A stretch of DNA of 32,000 nt from Kineococcus radiotolerans SRS30216 = ATCC BAA-149 (GCF_000017305.1 NC_009664.2:3510001-3542000), one strand, 5' to 3'. Counted from the first letter of the stretch, positions 19,974-27,941 are shown. Numbers and translations are program-made. The notes: generated from the letters alone by a model not told the origin.

Positions 19974-20048
19974 CCGGTTCCGCGAGGGGAACCCGCTCCG
20001 CCGGTTCCGCGGGGGGAACCCGTTCCGTCGGTTCCGCGGGGAACGTCC
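19974..20048. repeat. 2.8 tandem copies of a 27-nt unit, each containing the inverted repeat GGTTCC-N6-GGAACC
   Basis: Unit 1 (19974-20000) is CCGGTTCCGCGAGGGGAACCCGCTCCG. Unit 2 (20001-20027) is CCGGTTCCGCGGGGGGAACCCGTTCCG, 25/27 identical. Unit 3 starts at 20028 (TCGGTTCCGCGGGGAACGTCC) and is shortened. Confidence 0.9.
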
Positions 20049-20181
20049 CCGGCCGGGGTTCCCCCGTCCTCCGGGAGGGGTTTCCCGTCGGGGGCGTGGT
20101 CGGCCGTCCCGGTCTCGCCCGTCCGATCCCACCCGCTGCAGCGCCCGCGTCGGCCCCGGCGGAACCGGGAGGGGACCGCTC

Positions 20182-20655
20182 GTGAGCCAGGGGTTCGAGG
20201 AGTTCGTCGTCCGGCGCGGGCCGGCGCTGCAACGGCTGGCCCGGGGACTGGTGCGCGACCCCGCCGACGCCGCCGACGTCGTCGAGGAGGTCCTGGCCCG
20301 GGCGCTGCTGGGGTGGCGGCGCATCGGGGACGGGGCCGACCCCGTCGTCCAGGTGGACCGCATGCTCGTCCGCGAGAGCGCCGCCCGGCGACGGCGCAGG
20401 GTGCGCGGGCGGCGGCCCCCCGCCGCGGCGACCGTTCCCCCCGGCGCCGGCAACGGCCCCGACGACCGCGACGCGCTGCTCGCGGCGGTGCGCGCCCTGC
20501 CGCCCGCGCAGCGCGCCGCGGTGGCCCTGCGCCACCTGGACGGCCTGTCCGACGAGCGCATCGCCGCCGTCCTGGGCACGACCCCCGCCGCGGTGCGCGC
20601 CGACGCCGACCGGGGCCTGGCCGCCCTGCGGGCCCGGGTGCCGTCGCCCTCGTGA
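20182..20655 (+). CDS. ECF-type sigma-70 family sigma factor (actinobacterial SigE-like subgroup with FEEFV N-terminus)
   Basis: GTG 20182 lies 7 nt after GGGAGGGG. Region 2-like: FEEFVVRRGPALQRLARGLVRDPADAADVVEEVLARALLGWRRI. Region 4 HTH: LPPAQRAAVALRHLDGLSDERIAAVLGTTPAAVRADADRGLAALR. The frame is open upstream to 19894, but GC3 drops there. Confidence 0.8.
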   Translation: MSQGFEEFVVRRGPALQRLARGLVRDPADAADVVEEVLARALLGWRRIGDGADPVVQVDRMLVRESAARRRRRVRGRRPPAAATVPPGAGNGPDDRDALLAAVRALPPAQRAAVALRHLDGLSDERIAAVLGTTPAAVRADADRGLAALRARVPSPS

Positions 20656-20662
20656 GCGGCCC

Positions 20663-20686
20663 CCGGTGGGGTGCGCAGCCCACCGG
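20663..20686. terminator. 8-bp hairpin (CCGGTGGG / CCCACCGG, 8-nt loop) in the 41-nt gap between convergent genes
   Basis: Read from the sequence. It lies between the sigma stop (20655) and the MmyB-like stop (20697). Confidence 0.4.
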
Positions 20687-20696
20687 CGGGGCGGGT

Positions 20697-21647
20697 TCAG
20701 CGGCGGAGCGGGTCCCGGGTGACCGCGTGGGGGAGGGGGCGCCGGGCGGCGGGCACGCGACGGCCGGGGGCCGGGGCGGACCGGGGAGCGGTCCCCTCGG
20801 ACGGGTTCCCGGCCGGGGACGTCGCCCCGCCCGGTCCCGCCTCCGCGGTCAGGGCCCGCAGCGCGGCCTCGCCGGCGCTGCCGGCGTCGGCGTGGAAGAA
20901 CCTCAGGAGGTGACCGGGGCGGTGCGGGACGGCGAGGTCCTGCCACCGCAGCTCCACGGTCCCCCAGCCCCGCACGGGGCAGGGCACGCGACCGGAGGCG
21001 CTCGAGGGCAGCTCGTGCGACGCCCACCACGTGCGGAAGTCCGGGTCGCGCACGGAGAGGGTGCCCACCACCTCCTGCAGGCGGGGGTCGTCGAGGTCCG
21101 CCGTCAGGCGCAGGGCCGCGACCAGCCCCCGGGCGTGGGCGGCCCACCCGGGCAGGGTGAGCTTCACCTCCGGCGCGAAGGTGTGCAGCACCAGGTTGCT
21201 CCCGCAGCGCCAGGCGTCGTGCTGCGCGGCCCGGGCCGCCGCGTTGACCGCGATCACGTCCTTGTTCGGGTCCAGCAGGACCACCGGCCCGTGCGACAGC
21301 CCGTCCATCGCGGCCAGCAGGTCCGGGTCGACCGGCCCCGGCCCGCCCGCCGGCCGCTGCGGCCGCAGCGGGGGGAACAGCAGCCGCAGCAGGTACCGGC
21401 CCTGGTTCTCGTCCAGCCGCAGCGCCCGGGCCAGCGCCGAGAGCACCTGCTGCGACGGCTGGTGGTCCCGGCCCTGCTCCAGGCGCAGGTAGTACTCCGG
21501 GCTGATGCCCGCGAGCGCGGCGACCTCCTCGCGCCGCAACCCGGGGACCCGGCGCCCCGCCTCGCGGACCAGCCCGACGTCCTCGGGCTGGAGCGCGTCA
21601 CGCCGGGAACGCAGGAAATCACCGATCGGGGCCGGCCCGTTGCTCAC
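20697..21647 (-). CDS. MmyB-like transcriptional regulator: XRE-type HTH plus MmyB ligand-binding domain
   Basis: GTG 21647 lies about 9 nt after GGAGGA (alternative GTG 21662). HTH region: IGDFLRSRRDALQPEDVGL..GRRVPGLRREEVAALAGISPEYYLRLEQGRDHQPSQQVLSALARALRLDE. The LBD follows (VVLLDPNKDVIAVNAAA..., DPDFRTWW...). It is the 3' 316 codons of the 1308-aa listed ORF. Confidence 0.85.
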   Translation of the reverse strand: MSNGPAPIGDFLRSRRDALQPEDVGLVREAGRRVPGLRREEVAALAGISPEYYLRLEQGRDHQPSQQVLSALARALRLDENQGRYLLRLLFPPLRPQRPAGGPGPVDPDLLAAMDGLSHGPVVLLDPNKDVIAVNAAARAAQHDAWRCGSNLVLHTFAPEVKLTLPGWAAHARGLVAALRLTADLDDPRLQEVVGTLSVRDPDFRTWWASHELPSSASGRVPCPVRGWGTVELRWQDLAVPHRPGHLLRFFHADAGSAGEAALRALTAEAGPGGATSPAGNPSEGTAPRSAPAPGRRVPAARRPLPHAVTRDPLRR

Positions 21648-21719
21648 TGCGTCGTCCTCCACCGTCGTCGACCCCGGGGACGGGGCGTGGCCGCAGTCAA
21701 GCCGCTGCGCCCGCCGCGC

Positions 21720-21741
21720 ACCTCGCACGATCGTGCGAGGT
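21720..21741. promoter_or_regulatory. Perfect 22-bp palindrome ACCTCGCACGA|TCGTGCGAGGT in the divergent intergenic region; candidate operator
   Basis: Read directly from the sequence. It lies about 70 nt from the MmyB-like start and about 100 nt from the LAL start. The operator function is inferred only. Confidence 0.45.
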
Positions 21742-21842
21742 CGTCGGACGCGGTTCCCGGCCCGCGGGCGCGGACCCGGGACCCCCTCCGAGGGGGCGCT
21801 GGCAGAATGCTCCGGCGTGGGGGTGGTGCGGAGGTGCGGGGC

Positions 21843-24674
21843 GTGAACCGTCTCCATGGACGTGATCACGAGCTCCGGCGGGCCGCCGCGGTCCTCGCGG
21901 GCACCCGCCGCTCCGGCGGCACCGGCCTGCTGACCGTCGAGGGCGCCCCCGGCATCGGCAAGAGCACGTTCCTGCGGGCCGTCGCCGCCCTGGCCCGGCA
22001 GCAGGGGTACCGGGTCGGCAGCGGGAGCGCGGAGGAGTCCTCGCGGATGCTCCCCCTCACCACGCTGCTGTCCGCCCTGCGGTCGGGGCCGGAGCCGCTG
22101 CTGTCCGAGGAGGACTTCGCCGAGCTCGGGGGCCTCTACGACCGCCAGCCGTGGCTCGTCGAGCGCCTCGCGGACGCCCTCGCCGTCCCCGCCGCGCACG
22201 GGCCGGTGCTCGTGCTGCTGGACGACGTGCAGTGGAGCGACCAGCTCAGCGTCGTCGCCCTGCGCGTCGTCCTCGGCCGCCTCGCCCGCCAACCGGTCTG
22301 CTGGGTCCTGGCCGGGCGGCCCGACCCCGGGGGAGCGCTGGACCGGGTGGCCGGCGCCGCCCGCCACCTCGTGACCGTCTCGCGGCTCACCCTGGGGCCG
22401 CTGGACGCCGACGCCGTGGAGGGGCTGGCGCGCGAGGAGCTCGGCGGCGAGCCCGACCCCGCCCTGCGGCGGCTGCTGGCGCGCGCCGGCGGGCACCCCC
22501 TGCTGGTCAGCTCCCTCCTCGCCGGCTGGCGCCCGGGACCGGGCGGGACCGACCCCGCGCCCGCCGCCGCGGGGGCGGCGCTGCCCCACCAGCTCATCCT
22601 CGCCGTGCGCCACCAGCTGAGCACCCTCCCGCCGGGGGCGGTGGAGCTGCTGCGCACCGGGGCGGTGCTGGGGCGCCGCTTCACCCTCGCCGACGTCTCC
22701 GAGGTGACCCGGCAGCCGGCGGCCCGGCTGATGGCGCCCCTGGAGGAGGCCGTGCGGGCCGGGCTGCTGCACGAGGACGGCGACGGCGTCGCCTTCCGCC
22801 ACGACCTCGTGCGCCAGGCCGTCCACGACGACCTGCCGGTGTCCCTGCGCGCCGCCGTGCACCGCGACATCGCGGCCGTGATGACGCGCCAGCGCCGCCC
22901 CGCGGCGCACGTCGCCCCCCACGTGCTCGGGCAGTGGCCCCGCTCCGGCGCCGTGACCGCGACCCCCGAGGAACGGCGCGCCGCGGCGGACGTGCTGCGC
23001 GCCGCGGCCGGCGAGATCGCCCGGGCCACCCCGGCCGCGGCCGCCGACCTCCTCCAGCGCGCGCTGGACCTGCTGCCCCCCGACAGCCCCGAGCGCCTCG
23101 ACGTCGGCCTGGAGGCGCTGACCGCCGCCGCCGCCGGCCTGCAGGTGGAGGCCGCGGCCGAGCTCGGCCGCACCCTGCTGCGCGGCACCACCACCGCCGG
23201 GGACGCCGCCCGCGTCTGGTGGCACCTCGCCCGGCCGCTGCGGGCGCTGTCCGCCGACGAGGAGCTCCAGCGGGGGACGGCGCAGGCCCTGGCCGCCCTG
23301 CCCCCCGGCGACGACGCCGCCTCCGCTCCCGCCCGCCTGCGGCTGCGCGCCGTGCACGCCCAGGCGTCCAGCCGGGGCCCCGACGGCGCCGCCGCGGCCG
23401 AGGAGGCCCGGGGGGTGCTCCAGGACGCCCTGCGCCTGGAGGACACCGCCGCCGCGGAGGCCGCCCTCGTCGCCCTGGCCGAGGCCGCGGCGTGGCAGGG
23501 CCGCCACCACGAGGCCCTCGTCCCCGCCCGCGAGGCCCGCCTGCGCCACGGGGGGCCACCGCGCTCCGCCGAGATCGCCGCCCTGACGGGCCTGGAGCGC
23601 TACGACGAGGCCCGCGCCCTGCTGGCCGAGGCCGCTGAGGTGCACCGCTCCGACGCCTGGGAGACCCTGCCGGAGCACGCGTGGCGCCGCGCCCTGCTGG
23701 AGCTCTACGCCGGGCGCACCTCCCTCGCCCAGGTCGAGGCCGAGCACCTGCTCCGGCTGGGGGAGGACTTCGAGGAGTTCGCCCTCTACCGGGCCGAGGC
23801 GCACTGCGTCCTGGCCCGCATCGTCGGCACCCGGGGCGACACCGCCACCGGCCGCCGCCACGTGGAGGCGGCCCGCGCGCTGCTGGCCCCGCGCAACGTG
23901 TGGCAGCGCCTGACCCTGCACGTCGTCGACGGGCGCCTGGCCGAGGGGGCCGGTGACGACCGGGCCGCCGTGGCGGCCTTCTCCCGCGCCCTGGACCTGC
24001 GCCGCGAGCACGCCCTGCTCGGGGCGGGACCGGACTACGACTCCGCCCCGCAGATCGTGCGGGTGGCGCTGCGGGCCGGGGCCCCCGCGCTCGCCGAGGA
24101 CTCGGCGGCCAACGCCGCCGGCTACGCCGAGCGCAACCCCGGCGTCCCCGGCATCCAGGGCATCGCGCTGCACGCCCGCGCCCTCGTCGACGGCGACGTG
24201 GACCGGCTGGGCGAGGCCGTGCGGGTCCTGGCGACCGGGCCGAGGGTGCCCGTGCACTCGGTGGCCGCCGGCGACCTCGCCGCCCTGCTCGCCGTCGCGC
24301 GGCGGCGCGCGGAGGCCGTGGAGGCCTGGCGCCGGGCCAGCGACGCCCTGGCGGCCTGGGGCGCCAGCACCGTCATCGTCGACCCGCGCGCGCTGGCCCT
24401 GCGGTCCCGCGGCGGCAGGGCCGAACCCGCCGGCGGGACCCGTCCGGTCAGCGGCTGGGAAGCGCTCACGGGCGCCGAGCGGCGCGTGGCCGAACGCGCC
24501 GGCCGGGGCGGCACGAACCGGTCCATCGCCGAGGAGCTGGGCGTCTCGCCCCACACCGTCAGCACCCACCTGCGGGCGGTCTTCGGGAAGCTCGGCATCA
24601 ACTCCCGCGTCCAGCTGGCGCACGTCGTCGCCACCCGCCCGGACGCGGGGGAGCTCACGCGTTCGCGTCCGTGA
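21843..24674 (+). CDS. LAL-type (large ATP-binding LuxR family) transcriptional regulator
   Basis: GTG 21843 lies 8 nt after GGAGG. Walker A is EGAPGIGKST and Walker B is VLVLLDDVQWSD. A long helical, Ala/Leu-rich TPR-like middle region follows. The C-terminal LuxR/GerE HTH is LTGAERRVAERAGRGGTNRSIAEELGVSPHTVSTHLRAVFGKLGI. 943 aa. Confidence 0.88.
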   Translation: MNRLHGRDHELRRAAAVLAGTRRSGGTGLLTVEGAPGIGKSTFLRAVAALARQQGYRVGSGSAEESSRMLPLTTLLSALRSGPEPLLSEEDFAELGGLYDRQPWLVERLADALAVPAAHGPVLVLLDDVQWSDQLSVVALRVVLGRLARQPVCWVLAGRPDPGGALDRVAGAARHLVTVSRLTLGPLDADAVEGLAREELGGEPDPALRRLLARAGGHPLLVSSLLAGWRPGPGGTDPAPAAAGAALPHQLILAVRHQLSTLPPGAVELLRTGAVLGRRFTLADVSEVTRQPAARLMAPLEEAVRAGLLHEDGDGVAFRHDLVRQAVHDDLPVSLRAAVHRDIAAVMTRQRRPAAHVAPHVLGQWPRSGAVTATPEERRAAADVLRAAAGEIARATPAAAADLLQRALDLLPPDSPERLDVGLEALTAAAAGLQVEAAAELGRTLLRGTTTAGDAARVWWHLARPLRALSADEELQRGTAQALAALPPGDDAASAPARLRLRAVHAQASSRGPDGAAAAEEARGVLQDALRLEDTAAAEAALVALAEAAAWQGRHHEALVPAREARLRHGGPPRSAEIAALTGLERYDEARALLAEAAEVHRSDAWETLPEHAWRRALLELYAGRTSLAQVEAEHLLRLGEDFEEFALYRAEAHCVLARIVGTRGDTATGRRHVEAARALLAPRNVWQRLTLHVVDGRLAEGAGDDRAAVAAFSRALDLRREHALLGAGPDYDSAPQIVRVALRAGAPALAEDSAANAAGYAERNPGVPGIQGIALHARALVDGDVDRLGEAVRVLATGPRVPVHSVAAGDLAALLAVARRRAEAVEAWRRASDALAAWGASTVIVDPRALALRSRGGRAEPAGGTRPVSGWEALTGAERRVAERAGRGGTNRSIAEELGVSPHTVSTHLRAVFGKLGINSRVQLAHVVATRPDAGELTRSRP

Positions 24675-26907
24675 CGAGCTGCGCCAGGTCCTCCTCGGGG
24701 AGGGGGAACCCGGGGAAACGGGTGAGGCGCTGCAGCGGGATGGCCCGCATCATCTGCCCGTTGCGCGGGTCGAAGAGCATCTCCATCCACGGGGTCCCCC
24801 GCAGCGCGTCGCGGACGCGGCCCCCCACGACGGGGTGCGCGAGCCACTGCTCCGCCTCGGAGTCCACGGCGAGGGGGAGGCCGACCTCGTCGCCGGGCAG
24901 CTCGACCGTGCGCGCGAGGCGGATGTCGCGGGAGGAGGAACCGACGCGGATCCCGAACTCGCCGCCCTCCACGACCCAGCGGCGCGCCACGTCGTGCCAG
25001 AAGGCGAACGCGCGCTGGTCGAGGGTGACGACGACCTCACGGCTCTCGCCGGGTTCCAGGGTGACCCGGGCGAAGCCCTTGAGCTCCTGCTCGGGGCGGA
25101 ACACCGTCGACTCGGTGTCGGCGACGTAGACCTGGACGACCTCGGAACCGGCCACGGCGCCGGAGTTGCGGACCGTGACGTGCACGTCGAGGCCGGTGTC
25201 CCCGGCGACCAGTTCCAGGCCGGAGTAGTCGAACGTCGTGTAGGACAGGCCGTGGCCGAACGCGGCGGCGACGGGCAGGGACCGCGCGTCGTACCAGCGG
25301 TAGCCGATGAGCAGGCCCTCGCCGTAGCGGACGTGGCCGTGCTCGCCGGGGAAGTTCCCCACGGTGGGGTTGTCGCGGTAGTGCAGCGGGATCGTCTCGG
25401 CGAGCCTGCCCGAGGGGTTCGCGGCCCCGGACAGCAGGTCCGCGACGGCGAGGCCCCCGGCCTGCCCGCCGAGCCAGCCCTCCAGCACCGCGGGGACCGC
25501 GTCCCACCACGGTTCGAGGTTCACGACGGACCCGTTGGCGAGGACGACGACGGTGTTCGGGTTCGCCGCGACGACCCGGTCGAGGAGGTCGAGCTGCGCG
25601 GGCGGCAGGTTGGTGTGCTCCCGGTCGTAGCCCTCGGACTCGTAGGCGGCGGGCAGGCCCAGGAACAGCACGACGACCTCGGCGGCGGCGGCGTGGGCGA
25701 CGGCCTCGGCGACCAGTCCCGGCTGGACCTCCTCGTCCTCGGGGACGAAACCGGCGGCGAAGGTGACCTCGCGGGCACCGGCGAACCGCTCCCGCAGGGC
25801 GCCGAGCGCGTCGTCGAGCCGGGTCGGGTTCACCTGGGAACTGCCCGCTCCCTGGTAGCGGGGGGTGCGGGCGAACTCGCCGACGACGGCGACCGGGCCG
25901 CCGGTCGCCGCCAGGGGCAGCGCGTTCCCGTCGTTCTTCAGCAGGACCGCGCTCTGGATCGCGGCCTCGCGGGCGAGGGCGTGGTGGGCCGCGGCGTCGA
26001 AGGAACCCGGTTCGGCCAGCGCGGGCCGGGACTTCCCCACCAGTTCCAGCACGCGCAGGGCGCACCGGTCCACGTCATCCACCGACAGGGTCCCGGCGGC
26101 GACGGCGTCGAGGACGCGCCGGGTTCCCGCGCCCGAGGACGACGGCATCTCCAGGTCGAGACCGGCGCGGACGCCGTCCTCGCGGACGTCGACCGCGCCC
26201 CAGTCGGAGACGACGAGGCCCTCGAAACCCCACTCCTCGCGCAGGACCGTCGTCAGCAGCCACGGGTCCTGCGAGGCGTAGACGCCGTTGATCCGGTTGT
26301 AGGAGCACATGACCGTCCACGGCTGCGCCGTCCGCACGACCCGCTCGAAGGCGGTGAGGTAGATCTCCCGCAGCGTGCGCTCGTCGACGTCGGCGGAGAC
26401 CGTCATCCGCTGCGTCTCCTGGTTGTTGGCCGCGAAGTGCTTCAGCGACGTGCCCACGCCCTGGCTCTGGATCCCCTGGACCACCGCGGCCGCGAGGTCG
26501 CCGGCGAGCAGCGGGTCCTCGGAGAAGTACTCGAAGTTCCGCCCGCACAGCGGGGAGCGCTTCATGTTCACCCCCGGGCCCAGCAGGACCGAAACCCCCT
26601 CGGCGCGGGTCTCGCGGCCCAGGGCCTCCCCGACGCGGCGCAGCAGGTCGACGTCCCACGAGGACGCCAGGCCGGCGGCCGGGGGGAAGCAGGTGGCGGG
26701 GACGCTGGCGTCGAGGCCGAGGTGGTCGCCGCCCTCGGTCTGCTTGCGCAGCCCGTGCGGGCCGTCGGTGACCATGAGCGCCGGGATCCCCAGGCGCTCG
26801 ACGGGTTCGGTGTGCCAGAAGTCCGAACCGTCCAGCAGGGCGGCCTTCTCCTCCAGGGTCAGCTGCGCGAGCAGCGCCTGCGGGGTGGGGACGGCGGTGT
26901 CGGTCAT
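24655..26907 (-). CDS. Glycoside hydrolase family 3 beta-glucosidase; no signal peptide
   Basis: ATG 26907. MTDTAVPTPQALLAQLTLEEKAALL, GIPALMVTDGPHGLRK, KHFAANNQE, the nucleophile region VVSDWGA, and a C-terminal Fn3-like domain are present. 750 aa. The listed ORF extension to 27504 is Arg/Pro-rich junk. Confidence 0.92.
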   Translation of the reverse strand: MTDTAVPTPQALLAQLTLEEKAALLDGSDFWHTEPVERLGIPALMVTDGPHGLRKQTEGGDHLGLDASVPATCFPPAAGLASSWDVDLLRRVGEALGRETRAEGVSVLLGPGVNMKRSPLCGRNFEYFSEDPLLAGDLAAAVVQGIQSQGVGTSLKHFAANNQETQRMTVSADVDERTLREIYLTAFERVVRTAQPWTVMCSYNRINGVYASQDPWLLTTVLREEWGFEGLVVSDWGAVDVREDGVRAGLDLEMPSSSGAGTRRVLDAVAAGTLSVDDVDRCALRVLELVGKSRPALAEPGSFDAAAHHALAREAAIQSAVLLKNDGNALPLAATGGPVAVVGEFARTPRYQGAGSSQVNPTRLDDALGALRERFAGAREVTFAAGFVPEDEEVQPGLVAEAVAHAAAAEVVVLFLGLPAAYESEGYDREHTNLPPAQLDLLDRVVAANPNTVVVLANGSVVNLEPWWDAVPAVLEGWLGGQAGGLAVADLLSGAANPSGRLAETIPLHYRDNPTVGNFPGEHGHVRYGEGLLIGYRWYDARSLPVAAAFGHGLSYTTFDYSGLELVAGDTGLDVHVTVRNSGAVAGSEVVQVYVADTESTVFRPEQELKGFARVTLEPGESREVVVTLDQRAFAFWHDVARRWVVEGGEFGIRVGSSSRDIRLARTVELPGDEVGLPLAVDSEAEQWLAHPVVGGRVRDALRGTPWMEMLFDPRNGQMMRAIPLQRLTRFPGFPLPEEDLAQLVTDANA

Positions 26908-27026
26908 GCCGGGCAGGCTACCCACCGCCGCCGCCGCGGTCTCCACAACGGCGGACCGGGTTCCGCCGTCCACCGCCCCGGGCCGGGACGGGCCGGGAAC
27001 CCCGCCGACCTGCTTAGCGTGCCCGG

Positions 27027-27941
27027 GTGCCCTCCTCCTACCACCCGCGCGAGCCCGCGCACCGGGCCCGCGCGCTCGCGTCCCGGCAGTACCGCCGGGT
27101 GGACCCGGCCGCGCGGGAGTCCGCTCCGGACCCCGACGGGGAGTCCAGCGGGGAGTTCGACCGGGAATTCGACGGGGAAATCGACGAGGGGCTCGGCGGG
27201 GAGTTCGACGGGGGGTCCAGCGGGGAGTTCGACGAGGGGCCCGGCACCCCCGTCCCGCGCACCGGCCCGGTCGCGGAGCTGACCCGCCGCCTCGCCGACC
27301 GCACCCCGCCGGGGATCCGGGCGGCGCGGGTGCGGGTGGGCCCGCGCGCGGCGGCGGGGGCCCTGCTCGTCGCGGTGCTGGTGGCCGCCGGGCTGGGGTT
27401 CGCCGCCTGGCGGACCTGGCCCCAGGCCCCCGCCGCGGCGGGGGAGGCGCTGCCGGGACGGGCCGAGCCCCCGGCCCCCACCGCCCCCGCGGCCTCCTCC
27501 GCACCGTCGGGGGAACCCCTCGTGGTCGTGCACGTCACCGGCCGCGTGACGGCCCCCGGGCTGGTGACGCTGCCGGCGGGGAGCCGGGTGGGCGACGCGC
27601 TCACCGCCGCCGGCGGTGCCCTGCCCGGCGCGGACCTGGACGCGGTGAACCTCGCCCGGGTGCTGGTCGACGGTGAGCAGGTGCTCGTCCCCGTCCCCGG
27701 TCAGCACCCCGTCGCCGTCCCCGCCGCCCCCGGGGCCGGGTCCCGGGGCGGGCCGCTGGACCTCAACGCCGCCACCCCGGAGGAGCTGGACGGGCTGCCG
27801 GGCGTGGGGGAGGTGCTCGCGGGGCGCATCGTGGCCTGGCGCGAGGAGAACGGCCCCTTCCGCGACGTGGAGGACCTCGGGGAGGTGCCCGGCATCGGGC
27901 CCAAGGTGCTGGACGGGCTGCGGGACCTGGTGACCGCGTGA
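27027..27941 (+). CDS. comEA: ComEA-like DNA-binding competence protein (TM, SLBB-like and tandem HhH domains)
   Basis: C-terminal: LDLNAATPEELDGLPGVGEVLAGRIVAWREENGPFRDVEDLGEVPGIGPKVLDGL. SLBB-like: VVVHVTGRVTAPGLVTLPAGSRVGDAL. TM: ALLVAVLVAAGLGFAAW. The N-terminal acidic repeat region is unusual. Confidence 0.88.
   Translation: MPSSYHPREPAHRARALASRQYRRVDPAARESAPDPDGESSGEFDREFDGEIDEGLGGEFDGGSSGEFDEGPGTPVPRTGPVAELTRRLADRTPPGIRAARVRVGPRAAAGALLVAVLVAAGLGFAAWRTWPQAPAAAGEALPGRAEPPAPTAPAASSAPSGEPLVVVHVTGRVTAPGLVTLPAGSRVGDALTAAGGALPGADLDAVNLARVLVDGEQVLVPVPGQHPVAVPAAPGAGSRGGPLDLNAATPEELDGLPGVGEVLAGRIVAWREENGPFRDVEDLGEVPGIGPKVLDGLRDLVTA
27143..27233 (+). repeat. In-frame direct repeats inside comEA: a 19-nt perfect repeat 72 nt apart, plus a third GGGGAGTTCGAC copy
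   Basis: GTCCAGCGGGGAGTTCGAC occurs at 27143-27161 and 27215-27233. GGGGAGTTCGAC also occurs at 27198-27209. They encode SSGEFD / GGEFD peptide repeats. Confidence 0.9.

Noticed and set aside
19974-20048. CRISPR array
   Set aside because: The repeats are directly adjacent with no spacers. There are only 2.8 copies and no cas genes in the window.
20040-20068. Autoregulated ECF promoter (GGAAC ... CGTC) in front of the sigma gene
   Set aside because: A -35-like GGAAC (20040-20044) and a CGTC (20065-20068) are present, but they are separated by about 20 nt. That is longer than the usual ECF spacer. The other GGAAC copies lack a suitably spaced -10. It is kept only as a possibility within the repeat-region finding.
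21648-24623. Upstream 992 codons of the 1308-aa minus-strand ORF 20697..24623
   Set aside because: This part is antisense to the well-supported LAL regulator. Only the last 316 codons (the MmyB-like regulator, which has its own RBS and GTG) look like real protein.
26908-27504. 199-codon N-terminal extension of the GH3 ORF
   Set aside because: It is an Arg/Pro/Gly-rich sequence overlapping comEA on the other strand. The GH3 homology begins at MTDTAVPTPQALLAQLTLEEK (ATG 26907).
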